Source of the DNA: an uncultured virus (IMG/VR IMGVR_UViG_3300030118_005494)
Taxonomy: Duplodnaviria; Heunggongvirae; Uroviricota; Caudoviricetes
DNA: 64,000 nt
IMG/VR virus record: IMGVR_UViG_3300030118_005494
Strand: one strand, 5' to 3'
Position 1 is the first letter of the stretch, and every line of letters begins with the position of its first letter. Position numbers and translations under genes: made by a program. Below are positions 45,877-56,798 of this stretch, piece after piece. Below the pieces are notes generated by a model. That model was not told where the DNA came from, searched no databases, and saw only the letters and a list, made by a program, of their open reading frames with translations.

Positions 45877-46901
45877 TAGTCTGCTAATCCTCTTTTCTTT
45901 AATTGTTGGTACTGATTACATATAGGTCTGGAAGAACAGTATTCGCATGCTCTTGCTTTACCTTTATCTACTACTTTAACAACAATACCTTTGCCTTTTT
46001 CTCGTTTGTGTTGGTTAGCTTGTCTTTTCTCATCTTCAGTAAACGATTTTGAACAACGTTTACCTGCTTTATAGGACTCTTCTGAAGACCAATATTTATA
46101 CGAGACAACATCTCTCATCCATAAGTCTTCAGCATCACATTCAGGAAGCTTAGAATCAGGAAGTTTTTGTAGTTTCTGTATTTGTGGTATTTTCCAGTTT
46201 AAATACTCTTCTGTTTGCTTCACAGAAGCTAACTCAAAGTCCGTAGCAATAATTGGATGCTCTGGATAGTTACTTTGAGTATTGGCTTCGTAGCCACGAA
46301 AATCAGTAAAAAACCGTATAATAGTGATATGGTCTGCTGTGATATTTTCTGGATCTAACCAACGGTAAATACTGCCTTGTTGTGCGTACTTAAGGTCATT
46401 AGACTCATTTTTATATGCAAACACATTAGTCATTTTAAAATCTTGCAATGCTCTTTTAAATGCAAAATCAAGCTGACCAGAGACTGTCATACCTGCAATA
46501 TCACGATATTTACGTTTTTCGAGTTCAACAGGAATATCGTTAGGATGAGCATCATACCACTCTTTTGGCATGTTTATTGATATACGTTCTGCTACATGCT
46601 TTGGGATACCTAAAGATTTACATAACGGGACTATATTTCTAGGGTCACGCCACACTTTTTCAATAGCAGCGTGAATAGCAGAACCTAGACGAGAACGAAA
46701 CAAAGTCATTACATCAATTGGATCAGTGTCACTAGGTGTAACTCTAGATCCTAATATGATTTGTCGTAATGGCTTTATAAGTGTAGTTGTACTTATAACT
46801 TTCTCATCAGGATTATAGTCGTAATCATCTTTAGCTAACCACAATGCAACACTTAAAGGTAGGTCAGTACCATTTGCATATTGAGGCATAAATAAATCCA
46901 T
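45876..46901 (-). CDS. PD-(D/E)XK exonuclease (N4 gp42-like)
   Basis: GSAIH, SGQLD, QDFK, QGSIYRWL and C-terminal CEYC...C cluster. Confidence 0.85.
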   Translation of the reverse strand: MDLFMPQYANGTDLPLSVALWLAKDDYDYNPDEKVISTTTLIKPLRQIILGSRVTPSDTDPIDVMTLFRSRLGSAIHAAIEKVWRDPRNIVPLCKSLGIPKHVAERISINMPKEWYDAHPNDIPVELEKRKYRDIAGMTVSGQLDFAFKRALQDFKMTNVFAYKNESNDLKYAQQGSIYRWLDPENITADHITIIRFFTDFRGYEANTQSNYPEHPIIATDFELASVKQTEEYLNWKIPQIQKLQKLPDSKLPECDAEDLWMRDVVSYKYWSSEESYKAGKRCSKSFTEDEKRQANQHKREKGKGIVVKVVDKGKARACEYCSSRPICNQYQQLKKRGLAD

Positions 46902-46910
46902 TGGTTAGTC

Positions 46911-46932
46911 AAAAAAGCCACCGAAGGTGGCT
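46911..46932 (-). terminator. Rho-independent terminator (GAA-triloop hairpin on the + strand)
   Basis: agccacc-gaa-ggtggct preceded by an A-run on + (U-tract on -). Confidence 0.75.
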
Positions 46933-46937
46933 ATATT

Positions 46938-47909
46938 TTAGAATAGTGCTTTGTCATGGTTTGGTATTAATTGTCGGTTTTGAACCCAATTAACAAAATT
47001 ACCACTATTGAGACTACCATCTAATTTGACACCTGTTAAGCCTTTATATTGTGATGCTGAAATAGAGGTAACAGGAACTTTTGTAACCATATCATATAGG
47101 TTAGGGTCAAATGGTGTGGCTTGATGTTCAGAAGGTGAAGCATGTACTTTATTGCCACCAAACAGCTTATCAATAACACTTCCTGTTTTTTCGTCAGAAG
47201 CATCATTATTTCTGAATGACGTTTGTGCACACAATGACATAGATAGTTCTTTTGCAGCATCAATAGTTAATTCTGCGTTGGTTACTGGGTGGAAATACTG
47301 AATCTCAGGTTTTCCATGCTCAGAACGAAACTTACGAGTAACAAAAGGAACATGCCACTGACCATGAGTTAAAGGCACATACTCTAATGATTCCCGTGCT
47401 TCTTTAACTTTAGTGGCAAGAATTTCAATCTCAGGAAATGCCATAGGGTCAATACGGAGCCAATCGAAGTTTTCCCATTCAGTTGAAGTAAGCACAATAC
47501 GGATGTTTGAGAATGGTTCTAACAAACGACAGGCATGTTGTTTATGGATATTTAATCCACCTTCAGATTCTGGTAAGCCTAAAGCAGCTACAATTTCTGA
47601 AATAGTTTTTAATCCAGTTTGATAAAGTAACTCTGCTTTTGTTAGTACTTCTTCATCGGTAATGCGATTTCCTGCCATACCAGATTTGTTTGAAGTCCAC
47701 TGATAGATTGCAGGGTTTTCGTTAGCATTTTGGATAGCTTTTTTAGTTGGAATAGCCCGGGTACTTGCAGAGTTTTTACTGAAAACGCGATGTGTCAGTA
47801 ATTCTGCATGTAATGTTCTTGGGTATTCACATAAAACAGTAGCAATCTTTTTTCGAGTGTGTAAACACATTGACCCCATTACAGGAGTTACTTTAATTGA
47901 GTTCTTCAT
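46938..47909 (-). CDS. thyX: Flavin-dependent thymidylate synthase
   Basis: HAELLTHRVFSKNSASTRAIP ThyX motif; HKQHACRLLEPF; HASPSEHQATP. Confidence 0.9.
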   Translation of the reverse strand: MKNSIKVTPVMGSMCLHTRKKIATVLCEYPRTLHAELLTHRVFSKNSASTRAIPTKKAIQNANENPAIYQWTSNKSGMAGNRITDEEVLTKAELLYQTGLKTISEIVAALGLPESEGGLNIHKQHACRLLEPFSNIRIVLTSTEWENFDWLRIDPMAFPEIEILATKVKEARESLEYVPLTHGQWHVPFVTRKFRSEHGKPEIQYFHPVTNAELTIDAAKELSMSLCAQTSFRNNDASDEKTGSVIDKLFGGNKVHASPSEHQATPFDPNLYDMVTKVPVTSISASQYKGLTGVKLDGSLNSGNFVNWVQNRQLIPNHDKALF

Positions 47910-50517
47910 ATATCTCTTCTACGTGGTTATTAACAATAGTTTCAATCTGATCACTTGAAACATCTAAAGGTAGTGTTACGTGGTATGCCCAATTAGGGTA
48001 GAAAATGTCTAAGTTACCCCCAAGAGTTACTTCATCGTGTTGGATTTCAGGAAGTTCTTGCCAGAACATTTCAGTAGTAACTACTTTATTTGTCCATGTA
48101 ATGACTTCAGGACATTCAAGTACGATAAAGTATTGAGCATCATGAATATGTGCTATAGGTAGAACAAACTCTGCATACTTTGAATTCAGTGTCTGTTCTT
48201 GTACTGCTATTCCTGCTCTGTTATTGAGCATACCGTAAGATTGCCCACAGGCGTTCCCTACAGTCCTAGATTCAGCTACAGCTTCATAAGGCATAGACTT
48301 AGACCCGTAGACACAATTTTTCAATGTAGGCGTTCTCAGACGCAATCCAAAGGCAATATCTATATAGCCATGTTTGGCTGCAAACTGAATACGTTCTTCT
48401 ACCCACTCATCGGATTTTGAATACATAGTGTGGAATGCTTCATAGATGCGTATGGCCTTCTCTTTAGGAAAACCACAGTTATTCATAAGAGTGTAATGAG
48501 TACCCAGATAAGTAAGGGCAAAAGTAGGTGCTTTACTTTCTTTTCTGTGGCTCTTATATAGATGCTCAATTGAATTTATACTCTCTACTGAATTAGGGTC
48601 AATATCTGGCATTTCATCAGAATAGTAATAATAAGCACGCAAACAGTGACCATCATACCCATCGGTATAAACTTTGAGTTTATTTGGGTCTTTGGTTGTT
48701 AATGCACTTATCCTATCTTCTAGTGAAGCAAAGTCAGCACCTACCATAATCCATCCCGGGGGAGCTTCAAAACAAGACTTAATTAGTTTTGCATATGGAT
48801 TACCTGCAGAAGGGATATTCTGCATGTTAGGACTTTTAGAAGACATTCTGCCACTCTTGGTACCACCTAGTACAAAATTACCATGGAGGTACCAATGACC
48901 ATCTATGTGCTTAACCATTTTGGTAATAAATTTTGATGTAAAGTTTTGGATAAGTATTTTTACATCAGCATAGTCACATAGTAGTTGAACCATGTTTTTT
49001 ATTTTTTGGTCATCAGTATGGTTTATTAGCTTTTTGATGTGTTTAGCTTTAACTGATGGTTTTTTAGATTTGTTTAAATCTAATACAGGGAGTTCACAAA
49101 AAGTGTATAAAAGGTTCTGAGTTTGAGAAGAAGAATTAGGGTTATACTTAACATAGCTAAAATGACTAAATGGCGCTGTTTTATTTTTCCAATCAGCATG
49201 TTTTTTATCATGTTCAATCCATTGAAGTTCTTCAGTAAATAGTTTAATAACATCATTTTTTTGTATTTCTTTGTATAAATTTTTACGAATTGCTTTTAAC
49301 TTTCTATGGACTTTAAAAGTTTGTTTTCTATTTAGTGGCATACCCACTAAATTCATTTGAGTAACAAGAGCAATTGATGGCCTAAAAATAGTGTCATGTA
49401 CTGATTCTTGATTATCTTGAATAAGTACAGGCATATTTTTTTCGTACAGATAATAAGTACCTGCAGTATCTTTACCATTATACTGTAATAGCTTAGATAC
49501 TGGTATTACTCGAATATCATCTATATCGTCTTCTAGAGCATAATTACCGAGATACTCTAATACGTTTTCTTTTAAGCCAAGTGAATTTTTAACAGTGTTG
49601 TTAGTTGCAAGATAAGTGATTAGTTTTGTGTCAATTACATTATGTTGAAATGCCCGGATACCTTCTAACATCCCGGGAATATGTCCAAGCTGTTCTTTCA
49701 TGTAAAGAACAAATATCAAAACACTAAGATCATATGGGGCATTATGAAAAACTAATTCACCTTCATAGTGTGTAAAGAAGTCTAATAATGTTTCTCTAAC
49801 ATCATAATTAGGGCAAAACTCGTGGTAATGTGTTTCATGTTTTATTTGCTGTAGGTCACATGAAAATGCAATTGCTTCAGTTTTACTTTTAGCAAATGCT
49901 ATTGTAGCAATACCCGCTTCATGGAATTCAAGGGAGTAAGCTTCAATATCTACTGCAAGTTTTGGCTCATTAAAATATGATTGCAGACCTGCTACTATTT
50001 CATCAAGAGTATTAAGCACAGTTACGTTAATTTCTGGTTCATCTTGGAACTGAGTCACAGTGGTTCCAAGGTGTTTAACAATGTGCTTTAAACAAACTTG
50101 TATCTTAGGTTCTATGGCTGGGTTATGAAGAATTGCTTGGTAGTTAGGAAGCAAAAGAACATCTATATGTTCAAACCCGGGAATAACACATTTTAGTGTT
50201 GTACCATAAAAACCTTCAGCTTTTCTGCTATTAGTGAGGACTTTAAAATAGGCAGAATCAGCGATGATAATTGTTTGAATATCTTGTGAAACAAGTTGGG
50301 GTAGCAGGTCTGCGTAAAACTCCTTAATTTCTGTATTGGATACTTTATTGTTACTGTTGTACGGACACCCTATAGCAACAAAATTGGAAATATCTACATT
50401 GTATTTTTCTAAAAAATCCAAGTAGTAATATTCTAATAAGTTTTCTTTTAATGCAGATTCTTTTATTAACAGCGCAACACTAAAATCGTCATTTTCAGAA
50501 AATGAGATATATTCCAT
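47893..50517 (-). CDS. DNA polymerase, family A (N4 gp39-like)
   Basis: Exonuclease motifs DIEAY, FHNAPYD, YNGKD; polymerase motifs GADFASLE, RKESKAPTFALTY, HIHDA. Confidence 0.95.
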   Translation of the reverse strand: MEYISFSENDDFSVALLIKESALKENLLEYYYLDFLEKYNVDISNFVAIGCPYNSNNKVSNTEIKEFYADLLPQLVSQDIQTIIIADSAYFKVLTNSRKAEGFYGTTLKCVIPGFEHIDVLLLPNYQAILHNPAIEPKIQVCLKHIVKHLGTTVTQFQDEPEINVTVLNTLDEIVAGLQSYFNEPKLAVDIEAYSLEFHEAGIATIAFAKSKTEAIAFSCDLQQIKHETHYHEFCPNYDVRETLLDFFTHYEGELVFHNAPYDLSVLIFVLYMKEQLGHIPGMLEGIRAFQHNVIDTKLITYLATNNTVKNSLGLKENVLEYLGNYALEDDIDDIRVIPVSKLLQYNGKDTAGTYYLYEKNMPVLIQDNQESVHDTIFRPSIALVTQMNLVGMPLNRKQTFKVHRKLKAIRKNLYKEIQKNDVIKLFTEELQWIEHDKKHADWKNKTAPFSHFSYVKYNPNSSSQTQNLLYTFCELPVLDLNKSKKPSVKAKHIKKLINHTDDQKIKNMVQLLCDYADVKILIQNFTSKFITKMVKHIDGHWYLHGNFVLGGTKSGRMSSKSPNMQNIPSAGNPYAKLIKSCFEAPPGWIMVGADFASLEDRISALTTKDPNKLKVYTDGYDGHCLRAYYYYSDEMPDIDPNSVESINSIEHLYKSHRKESKAPTFALTYLGTHYTLMNNCGFPKEKAIRIYEAFHTMYSKSDEWVEERIQFAAKHGYIDIAFGLRLRTPTLKNCVYGSKSMPYEAVAESRTVGNACGQSYGMLNNRAGIAVQEQTLNSKYAEFVLPIAHIHDAQYFIVLECPEVITWTNKVVTTEMFWQELPEIQHDEVTLGGNLDIFYPNWAYHVTLPLDVSSDQIETIVNNHVEEIYEELN

Positions 50518-50525
50518 AAAAATTA

Positions 50526-51140
50526 TTACCCTAAAAGTGAATTGGCGTAAAACACTAACCCTAGTTCATTTATATCTTTTTTGAATTTTTTCTTAAAAGT
50601 ATCTGCTACTTTAGTTGCTTGTTCTTTACTTAGCTGTTGTATTGGTTGTACAGGAATAACGTTATAGCTTATAAGAGCATTAGGGACATTGTGTTGAAGT
50701 AAATTCAAAAAGTCGTATAAAGTATCGTATCGTACTTGATCTGATGAAAGATCAATAACATCAACATCAGTAGGTACAGTTGATTTTATAGCCTTACGAT
50801 AAGCAAGCCTAAACCAAGAATAAAATTTACATAATATTCTAAATCCCCGAAGAAAGTCTGAGTTATTTTTTATAGTAGCTAAAAATTCTTCACGATATTC
50901 GTCTGCAACTGGAAACACACTTAAAGTTTCTGGGTCTTTATTTGTAGTAACTCCATAAGGTCCAGCACTAACAATACCTACTGTAGCTGTAAAAACCATA
51001 TTAGACTTGTCTAATACTTCATTAATGTCTTTACAGTATTGACAGTCTAAGTTTTCAATTGAAGATACACAATGTCGTAGTACTGTATCTGGAAACAGGA
51101 CAACTGACCTGTTTGGGTTTGGAAGAATCTCTTTATTCAT
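50526..51140 (-). CDS. Hypothetical protein (between helicase and polymerase)
   Basis: 204-aa ORF at the N4 gp38 position. Confidence 0.65.
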   Translation of the reverse strand: MNKEILPNPNRSVVLFPDTVLRHCVSSIENLDCQYCKDINEVLDKSNMVFTATVGIVSAGPYGVTTNKDPETLSVFPVADEYREEFLATIKNNSDFLRGFRILCKFYSWFRLAYRKAIKSTVPTDVDVIDLSSDQVRYDTLYDFLNLLQHNVPNALISYNVIPVQPIQQLSKEQATKVADTFKKKFKKDINELGLVFYANSLLG

Positions 51141-51147
51141 GTTAAGC

Positions 51148-52491
51148 CTATGTGTCGTAATAGAGGTAAGCTTTGTCTGCAGTACGGGTTAAGCCTACAT
51201 AGATAAGTCTAAGCGCAGTATCGTATGTGATGTGTTGTGAATCTTCAATATCCGACATATCAATAAACACAGTGTCTAAAGTCATTCCTTGGATTTTGTG
51301 TATTGTCGAAGAATACGTTGGGCGCAGATCTGCAAAAAATGACTTTAATCGAAAATAATCTGACCACATCATGTTTGATGCGAACGCTTTTTGTAGTTTT
51401 AAGTACGTATTTATATCTACAGGAATTTTAACATTAACACTAGATAATCCTTTGTGTCCGTCAGGCTGTACTGTATATACACGATAATTCACAGAAAGGT
51501 GTGACATTTCAGGATGTGGTGGTGTATATGTTTCTACTTGATTGGAGACACCAGTAACAATAACTTTTTGGTTATTTCGAATTACTATAGAATTTTGCTT
51601 ATTTTTTACTACTCCATTTGAGACTAGAGGTTCATCTAGCACAAAACGATCAGCAGGAAACCCAAGAGCTTCTCGGATGTTTAAGTTATGTTGTATTGCA
51701 GTAGCATTGTGATAAACCAAGACTCTAGCATTGGTAGATGGGTTTTGTTTAAAGTGATCAATTACTTTTTGTGAAAATTCTTCACCATCTAAGGCAAATA
51801 CATGCTTATTATCTGGTTCAATATATGGAAGTGATTTAATACCTTCTTTAATAGCTTTACGATACTCTGTAGCGATATCAATAATAGGGTTATCCCCGGT
51901 AGTTCGCATAACTTCAGTGAGTTCAATTTTATACTCAGAATCAATATCAAACACAGGAGAAGTACCAGAACTATCTCCAAGTAATTGAGCGGAGTCACCT
52001 ACATACACTATTTTACAATTATCTGATTGTTTAACTAATTTACGTATTAAAGCTAATGCACTAGCTGTAATATACGAAGCTTCATCAATAAAAATAATGC
52101 AATTACTTAATGGAATAGTATCACGAGTTTCACGTAATGATGTTTCACCTGTTTTGTAATTTTCAAATAATTTTAAGCCAAGCAAACTGTGGTAAGTTGT
52201 TGCATCAAAATCAGTAATTGATTGGATATTTTCTGCAGCTTGGTTTGTAGTAGCGGTAAGATAAATAGTATGAACACTACTATCTAGAACATCATTGTTT
52301 CCAGAGTGTAGCTTAGAATCAAATTCAATTGCAGCTAGTGCTTGATTAATTAATTCTCTGACTACAGTTGTTTTTCCGCAGCCAGAGTAACCAGCAAGAA
52401 TAAATTCGTATGCTTCAGGATTTAAGATAAAATCCAAAAATAATTCAACAGCTTTTTGTTGTTTTTCATTTAATTGCATATTACACCTCAA
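51148..52491 (-). CDS. SF1 DNA helicase (Dda/RecD-like, N4 gp37-like)
   Basis: GYSGCGKT, FIDEAS, VGDSAQL, LTEVMR, TIHKIQGMT, YVGLTR. Confidence 0.93.
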   Translation of the reverse strand: MRCNMQLNEKQQKAVELFLDFILNPEAYEFILAGYSGCGKTTVVRELINQALAAIEFDSKLHSGNNDVLDSSVHTIYLTATTNQAAENIQSITDFDATTYHSLLGLKLFENYKTGETSLRETRDTIPLSNCIIFIDEASYITASALALIRKLVKQSDNCKIVYVGDSAQLLGDSSGTSPVFDIDSEYKIELTEVMRTTGDNPIIDIATEYRKAIKEGIKSLPYIEPDNKHVFALDGEEFSQKVIDHFKQNPSTNARVLVYHNATAIQHNLNIREALGFPADRFVLDEPLVSNGVVKNKQNSIVIRNNQKVIVTGVSNQVETYTPPHPEMSHLSVNYRVYTVQPDGHKGLSSVNVKIPVDINTYLKLQKAFASNMMWSDYFRLKSFFADLRPTYSSTIHKIQGMTLDTVFIDMSDIEDSQHITYDTALRLIYVGLTRTADKAYLYYDT

Positions 52492-53629
52492 AGTGGATTA
52501 GTGTGCCAAAATCCACTTCAGCATATTTGTTATTAACACAAGCCCAAATAACAGGATATGGGGTTGGTTCTGTTATTTTGTCACAACACAAATCTGACAG
52601 TACTACTAATACTGTAGGGTTAATGTCATTGGTATAGTCAAATACAGGCTGTAACTCAGTACCGTTTCTGCCACTAAATTCAAGTGAATAAATGTCATCA
52701 GAAGATGTGATTTTATGTACAGACCTGATAGCGTCATCAAAAACAATAATGGTAAATTCTTCTATATTGAATGTTTGCTGTACATGGTTAATGTGAGATA
52801 AGAAAGAATTAAATTCCTTTTCAGTAACTGAAGCACTTAGGTCTATAGCATATGCAATAGTAGTTAAACCTTCAGAGTACAGTGAAGGAGCATAAAAAGG
52901 GTACCACATGTTAGGTTTTGCATATGAATAATCATCTTTTATGTAACCATCAACCATAGTGTTAAGTAATGTCTCAACATCTATTTTAGGCTCCATAACG
53001 GCTGTTACAGCTTGTTTAAACATATCAGGAAGGTCTGAATACATTCCTTGCATTTTCATTGCTGTAGCTGCTTGCTTAATCAATGATTGAGATTTTTGAA
53101 TAACTTCATTAGTTGGTGTTAGTTTTTCTTTTAGTTCTTCTGGGAGTTTGTCAAAGTCAGGTACAATATCGTCTAAATCAGGACGATCCATTTTTGGAAA
53201 ATCAACCAATAGTTTTTCGTATATTTGCTGGATAGTTAAACCAATATACTCAGGGTTATGTAGCACCCAATTAGGCAATTTAAAACTACTTCCAATGAAT
53301 GTATCATTAATGAAATAATCCATAGCATAATTCATTAATTTCTGTTCACGTTGGGTGCTTAACGATTTTATAATGGGACAATGATTTAAAACTACATGGG
53401 CCAATTCATGAACTAGAGAACCTAATAAACACTCAAAAGATTCTTGCTCTATCATTTTTGGGTTAATAAGAAAATCAACACCGTTAGTTGCAAATGTGGG
53501 AACATGTTCAGTAAACACTACATTTGCGCTAAGAAAAACAGTAGCAAGAAATGGTATTCCTGATTTTTGGTTTACCATTAATTGATACCGAGCTTTTGAA
53601 ATAACTTTATTACATTCTTCTATATTCAT
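52481..53629 (-). CDS. Metallopeptidase-like plus VWA domain protein (DUF2201-like)
   Basis: HELAH (HExxH), IDLSAS MIDAS motif, GRNGTEL, LSDL. Confidence 0.85.
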   Translation of the reverse strand: MNIEECNKVISKARYQLMVNQKSGIPFLATVFLSANVVFTEHVPTFATNGVDFLINPKMIEQESFECLLGSLVHELAHVVLNHCPIIKSLSTQREQKLMNYAMDYFINDTFIGSSFKLPNWVLHNPEYIGLTIQQIYEKLLVDFPKMDRPDLDDIVPDFDKLPEELKEKLTPTNEVIQKSQSLIKQAATAMKMQGMYSDLPDMFKQAVTAVMEPKIDVETLLNTMVDGYIKDDYSYAKPNMWYPFYAPSLYSEGLTTIAYAIDLSASVTEKEFNSFLSHINHVQQTFNIEEFTIIVFDDAIRSVHKITSSDDIYSLEFSGRNGTELQPVFDYTNDINPTVLVVLSDLCCDKITEPTPYPVIWACVNNKYAEVDFGTLIHFEV

Positions 53630-53631
53630 AA

Positions 53632-54714
53632 TTACATCAACTGAAGACCAGCTTTAGTTTGAAGGGCACGATAAGTAGCTTTAGCACGTAACCTTGGGTT
53701 TCGTCTTAATACGTCTTTACAGAAGCATGAAATGAACTCAGGAGGGATACGTTGCATAAAGTATGAAATTGCAGTATCAACATCATCATCTTGTCCAAAC
53801 TCTTGCGAGAGACGCACAGAGAGCATATACGCAATAGAGGGTGAACTAGGTATTGGTACTGTAGTTGGATTTTTTAGAATTTCATCAATTTTTGGAGCTT
53901 CTCTGAAGTACTCACATTCTGCAATAAATTTGATTGCATGCTTAATGCCAATGGCACCTGCTATACGCATTGTATGCGCTTGTGTGATGTCTTCTATGTC
54001 TTCTATCATAGGACTCAAGAAATCTGTCCAAGTACGCTCACAAGGGTATGTGAGGTCTGTATCTTTTGGATTGAAGTCATTAAGCATTCCCGGGTCATTA
54101 CGGATGTACGCAATAATGCGGCTATCTACATTTGATTTGATAGCGTAATCAAGCCAACTATCTAGATCTGACCGTACAGGGATATGGAATAGACGAGACT
54201 TCAAGGCAGTACTCATAGGAAGCACATGAGCGTTGTCTGTAACTAAGTTACCAGTAGCAGCACATATTACACTTTCATGTAGTTTATTTTGACCTACTAA
54301 ACCATCTAGGATGATGCCATAAGCTGCGCTTTGAACGGCTTTAGCACATGAAGAAAGTTCCTCAAAGACAATAAGCCAACCATCGTAAGTTCCAATTTCT
54401 TTACCTTTTTTATCATATTTCTTAGGTAATTCATCACCCTCAACAGGAAATTGTTCCATAGGGATAAACTTACTTTTATTACCAGAAACAACAGGAAAAC
54501 CATTGATAGCAACGGGGTCGTAATAAGCTAAACGAATATCAATAAATAGTAGATTATACTCTTCAGCAATACTTTGTAGTGTCTTGGATTTACCTACCCC
54601 GGGTGAACTAGTCAAATATGGTACAAGTCCTGCGTCCATAGCATCCATAGCTAGTTCTTTGGCTTCAGGCAATGTTGAAGAAAATTGAGACATATCAAGT
54701 GGATTAGTGTCCAT
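53632..54714 (-). CDS. MoxR-like AAA ATPase (N4 gp24-like)
   Basis: SSPGVGKS, IVFEEL, AATGN, ALKSRL, PCERTW; adjacent to the VWA gene. Confidence 0.85.
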   Translation of the reverse strand: MDTNPLDMSQFSSTLPEAKELAMDAMDAGLVPYLTSSPGVGKSKTLQSIAEEYNLLFIDIRLAYYDPVAINGFPVVSGNKSKFIPMEQFPVEGDELPKKYDKKGKEIGTYDGWLIVFEELSSCAKAVQSAAYGIILDGLVGQNKLHESVICAATGNLVTDNAHVLPMSTALKSRLFHIPVRSDLDSWLDYAIKSNVDSRIIAYIRNDPGMLNDFNPKDTDLTYPCERTWTDFLSPMIEDIEDITQAHTMRIAGAIGIKHAIKFIAECEYFREAPKIDEILKNPTTVPIPSSPSIAYMLSVRLSQEFGQDDDVDTAISYFMQRIPPEFISCFCKDVLRRNPRLRAKATYRALQTKAGLQLM

Positions 54715-54715
54715 A

Positions 54716-54907
54716 TTAACCTTCTAATAAATTTGTTAGTGTTTTTGCTTGAATAGTTGTATCAACTATTTCACGAAATTCTGATTCAATTAGTTTTAGT
54801 TTATTAGCTAAAGCTACTGACAAAGCAGCAGTGTCAATATTTCTGTGTGGGTTTGTTTCTACTGTTTCAGCCAATTTAATTAATTCAGATATAGTAAGAT
54901 TTTCCAT
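54716..54907 (-). CDS. Hypothetical protein
   Basis: 63-aa ORF in the operon. Confidence 0.6.
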   Translation of the reverse strand: MENLTISELIKLAETVETNPHRNIDTAALSVALANKLKLIESEFREIVDTTIQAKTLTNLLEG

Positions 54908-54919
54908 TACTACCCCAGA

Positions 54920-54936
54920 ACAAACCGAAGGTTTGT
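54920..54936. promoter_or_regulatory. Intergenic GAA-triloop hairpin lacking a U-tract
   Basis: acaaacc-gaa-ggtttgt perfect 7-bp stem. Confidence 0.4.
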
Positions 54937-54946
54937 ACTTATGTTG

Positions 54947-55540
54947 TTAAAGTAAATATTCAAAATCAGTATCAACCAATTTAGAAATTTTTAAGTAATA
55001 ACCAAAAATAACTATATCAATACTATGTACAGGGACATCTAAATTTTCTAATTTTTTGTTAATATGATGGAGTTCATATTGAGTAGATGGAGAAAGTTCG
55101 GAGTGCGTACTAATAAAATGGATAGCATCAAAATTGTCTTTTAATTCTAAAATAGTATCAAGTTCTGAGACAAATCGTAAATCGGGAATAATAGTAATTT
55201 TGTCTGTGTATTGAGGTTTTGCAGCAGTCTCTAAAACATGTTTTGCAAATACAGAATTACCATACAAATCCTTATATAGAGTTTGGTATGCTTCAAGTAT
55301 TTTTCGTGGAGTTATTTTTAAATTAAAGCCATGTTTACTATATACAATTTCAGTGTCTTTATATTCATCAGTAAAATTTGAAGTTTTTAAGCCAGTATCC
55401 TCTTGTACCATTGTACATAAAAGGGTAGCAAATGCTGAAATATCTACAGTATAAAGATTTTCTAGATGATTTTGTAAGTACTTGGCTGTAACATCTTTAC
55501 CAGATCGCTTATCACCCATAATAACAATTAATTTATTCAT
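54947..55540 (-). CDS. Deoxynucleoside monophosphate kinase
   Basis: GDKRSGKD P-loop, AFA, TPRKIL, IIPDLRF..E (T4 gp1/T5 dnk-like). Confidence 0.8.
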   Translation of the reverse strand: MNKLIVIMGDKRSGKDVTAKYLQNHLENLYTVDISAFATLLCTMVQEDTGLKTSNFTDEYKDTEIVYSKHGFNLKITPRKILEAYQTLYKDLYGNSVFAKHVLETAAKPQYTDKITIIPDLRFVSELDTILELKDNFDAIHFISTHSELSPSTQYELHHINKKLENLDVPVHSIDIVIFGYYLKISKLVDTDFEYLL

Positions 55541-55722
55541 TTAAGTTCTTTACCTTTTAAGTTAATAAGCCTTTGGTTAGTAATTGAAGCTGATTCTCTC
55601 CATTGACCTTTATGTAAATAGAGAGCGTAAAAACCATTAGGATTTGTTTTATAAAACGTACCTGAAATTAAGTATTGTCTTTCTTTTGACATAAAAAATA
55701 GGGTGCTAGGCACCCTTTCCAT
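55537..55722 (-). CDS. Hypothetical protein
   Basis: 61-aa ORF coupled to the kinase gene. Confidence 0.55.
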   Translation of the reverse strand: MERVPSTLFFMSKERQYLISGTFYKTNPNGFYALYLHKGQWRESASITNQRLINLKGKELK

Positions 55723-55740
55723 AACGGGGAGGAATAAAAC

Positions 55741-56334
55741 TTATTCTTTATCTTTGCGTGCTACAGCTTGTGCATCAGAATAAGAACCAGATGAATACCG
55801 GGCGTTGGTGCCAGTAAGAAGTTTTTCTTGGTTAGCTTGAATGGCTTCATTAATAAAATCATCAACGTTATCCAGTAATTGCGCTTTATGTACAAACATT
55901 TCAACCTTAGTACGAACTGCGTTATAGAAAATACGTAATGCATCTAATTGGTCTTGTTTTGGTGTGTCTTTTGCATACACTACATGTTTTTTTAAAACAC
56001 CAAATGGACCTAGTACATCGTTAATCGGGTCTACAAGTAAAGTTTGAGTAATGTAAGATAGGTTATCTTTGAATTCACCTTGAATTGTAGATGCATACCC
56101 CATCAGATAAAACATGAAATCGCCCAACTCTTCGGTAACGTTTTTGGAATCATTGTTATAAATTGCAGCCTGTAATTCATTAAACTCATCAAACAAGCCT
56201 GTAAGCATATGCCAACGATTAATAAGTTCTGGTGTCATTTGGCTTAATAGTTCTTCTGGGTCTTTAATTAAGACAAGAGGAACATCATGTGTATACTGTG
56301 CTAAAGCAAGTACTAAGTTTTGTTTTGTGATCAT
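55741..56334 (-). CDS. MazG-like NTP pyrophosphohydrolase
   Basis: HMLTGLFDEFNEL...EELGDFMFY and N.EKL...RY...YSDAQAVARKDK. Confidence 0.8.
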   Translation of the reverse strand: MITKQNLVLALAQYTHDVPLVLIKDPEELLSQMTPELINRWHMLTGLFDEFNELQAAIYNNDSKNVTEELGDFMFYLMGYASTIQGEFKDNLSYITQTLLVDPINDVLGPFGVLKKHVVYAKDTPKQDQLDALRIFYNAVRTKVEMFVHKAQLLDNVDDFINEAIQANQEKLLTGTNARYSSGSYSDAQAVARKDKE

Positions 56335-56345
56335 TATATTTCCTA

Positions 56346-56795
56346 TTAAAATTCTTGGTAAACACCAAGTGCTGTGAAAATTTCCATAACCTGATCATTA
56401 GTCAAATTATGTCCATTAATTGATGCAATCCATCCAGCCCCAATAAGTCTACCTTTATTCATGGTATCCAATACAGTTTTGTGATGACTGTTAAATGTGT
56501 CTATCATTTCGGTATGGGTTTTAGGGTCTTTGTTTTGGATTGCTTCAAATTCTAGGGAATGTTTAAAAGTACCGTCAGAACGTTTCTTTACACTAAACCC
56601 AGCCATATACATCATCCATTGATATCGGAGTGTAGTTAATGCTTCATAGTCTTTTAGGCTAATTTGGGTTATTACTTGTTTTTTATGTAAATGATATAAA
56701 ACTACTTTTTGGTTATACATTCCATTTGTAGCAAATACTGCTACTTTGTTACGCATTGATGCTCTGAAAAGTAATGCTTGTTTTTGTTTGTTCAT
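56346..56795 (-). CDS. Hypothetical protein
   Basis: 149-aa ORF in the operon. Confidence 0.65.
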   Translation of the reverse strand: MNKQKQALLFRASMRNKVAVFATNGMYNQKVVLYHLHKKQVITQISLKDYEALTTLRYQWMMYMAGFSVKKRSDGTFKHSLEFEAIQNKDPKTHTEMIDTFNSHHKTVLDTMNKGRLIGAGWIASINGHNLTNDQVMEIFTALGVYQEF

Positions 56796-56798
56796 AGT

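Noticed and set aside
52481..54714. MoxR ATPase plus VWA-metallopeptidase pair as a novel system
   Set aside because: A known conserved pair in N4-like phages
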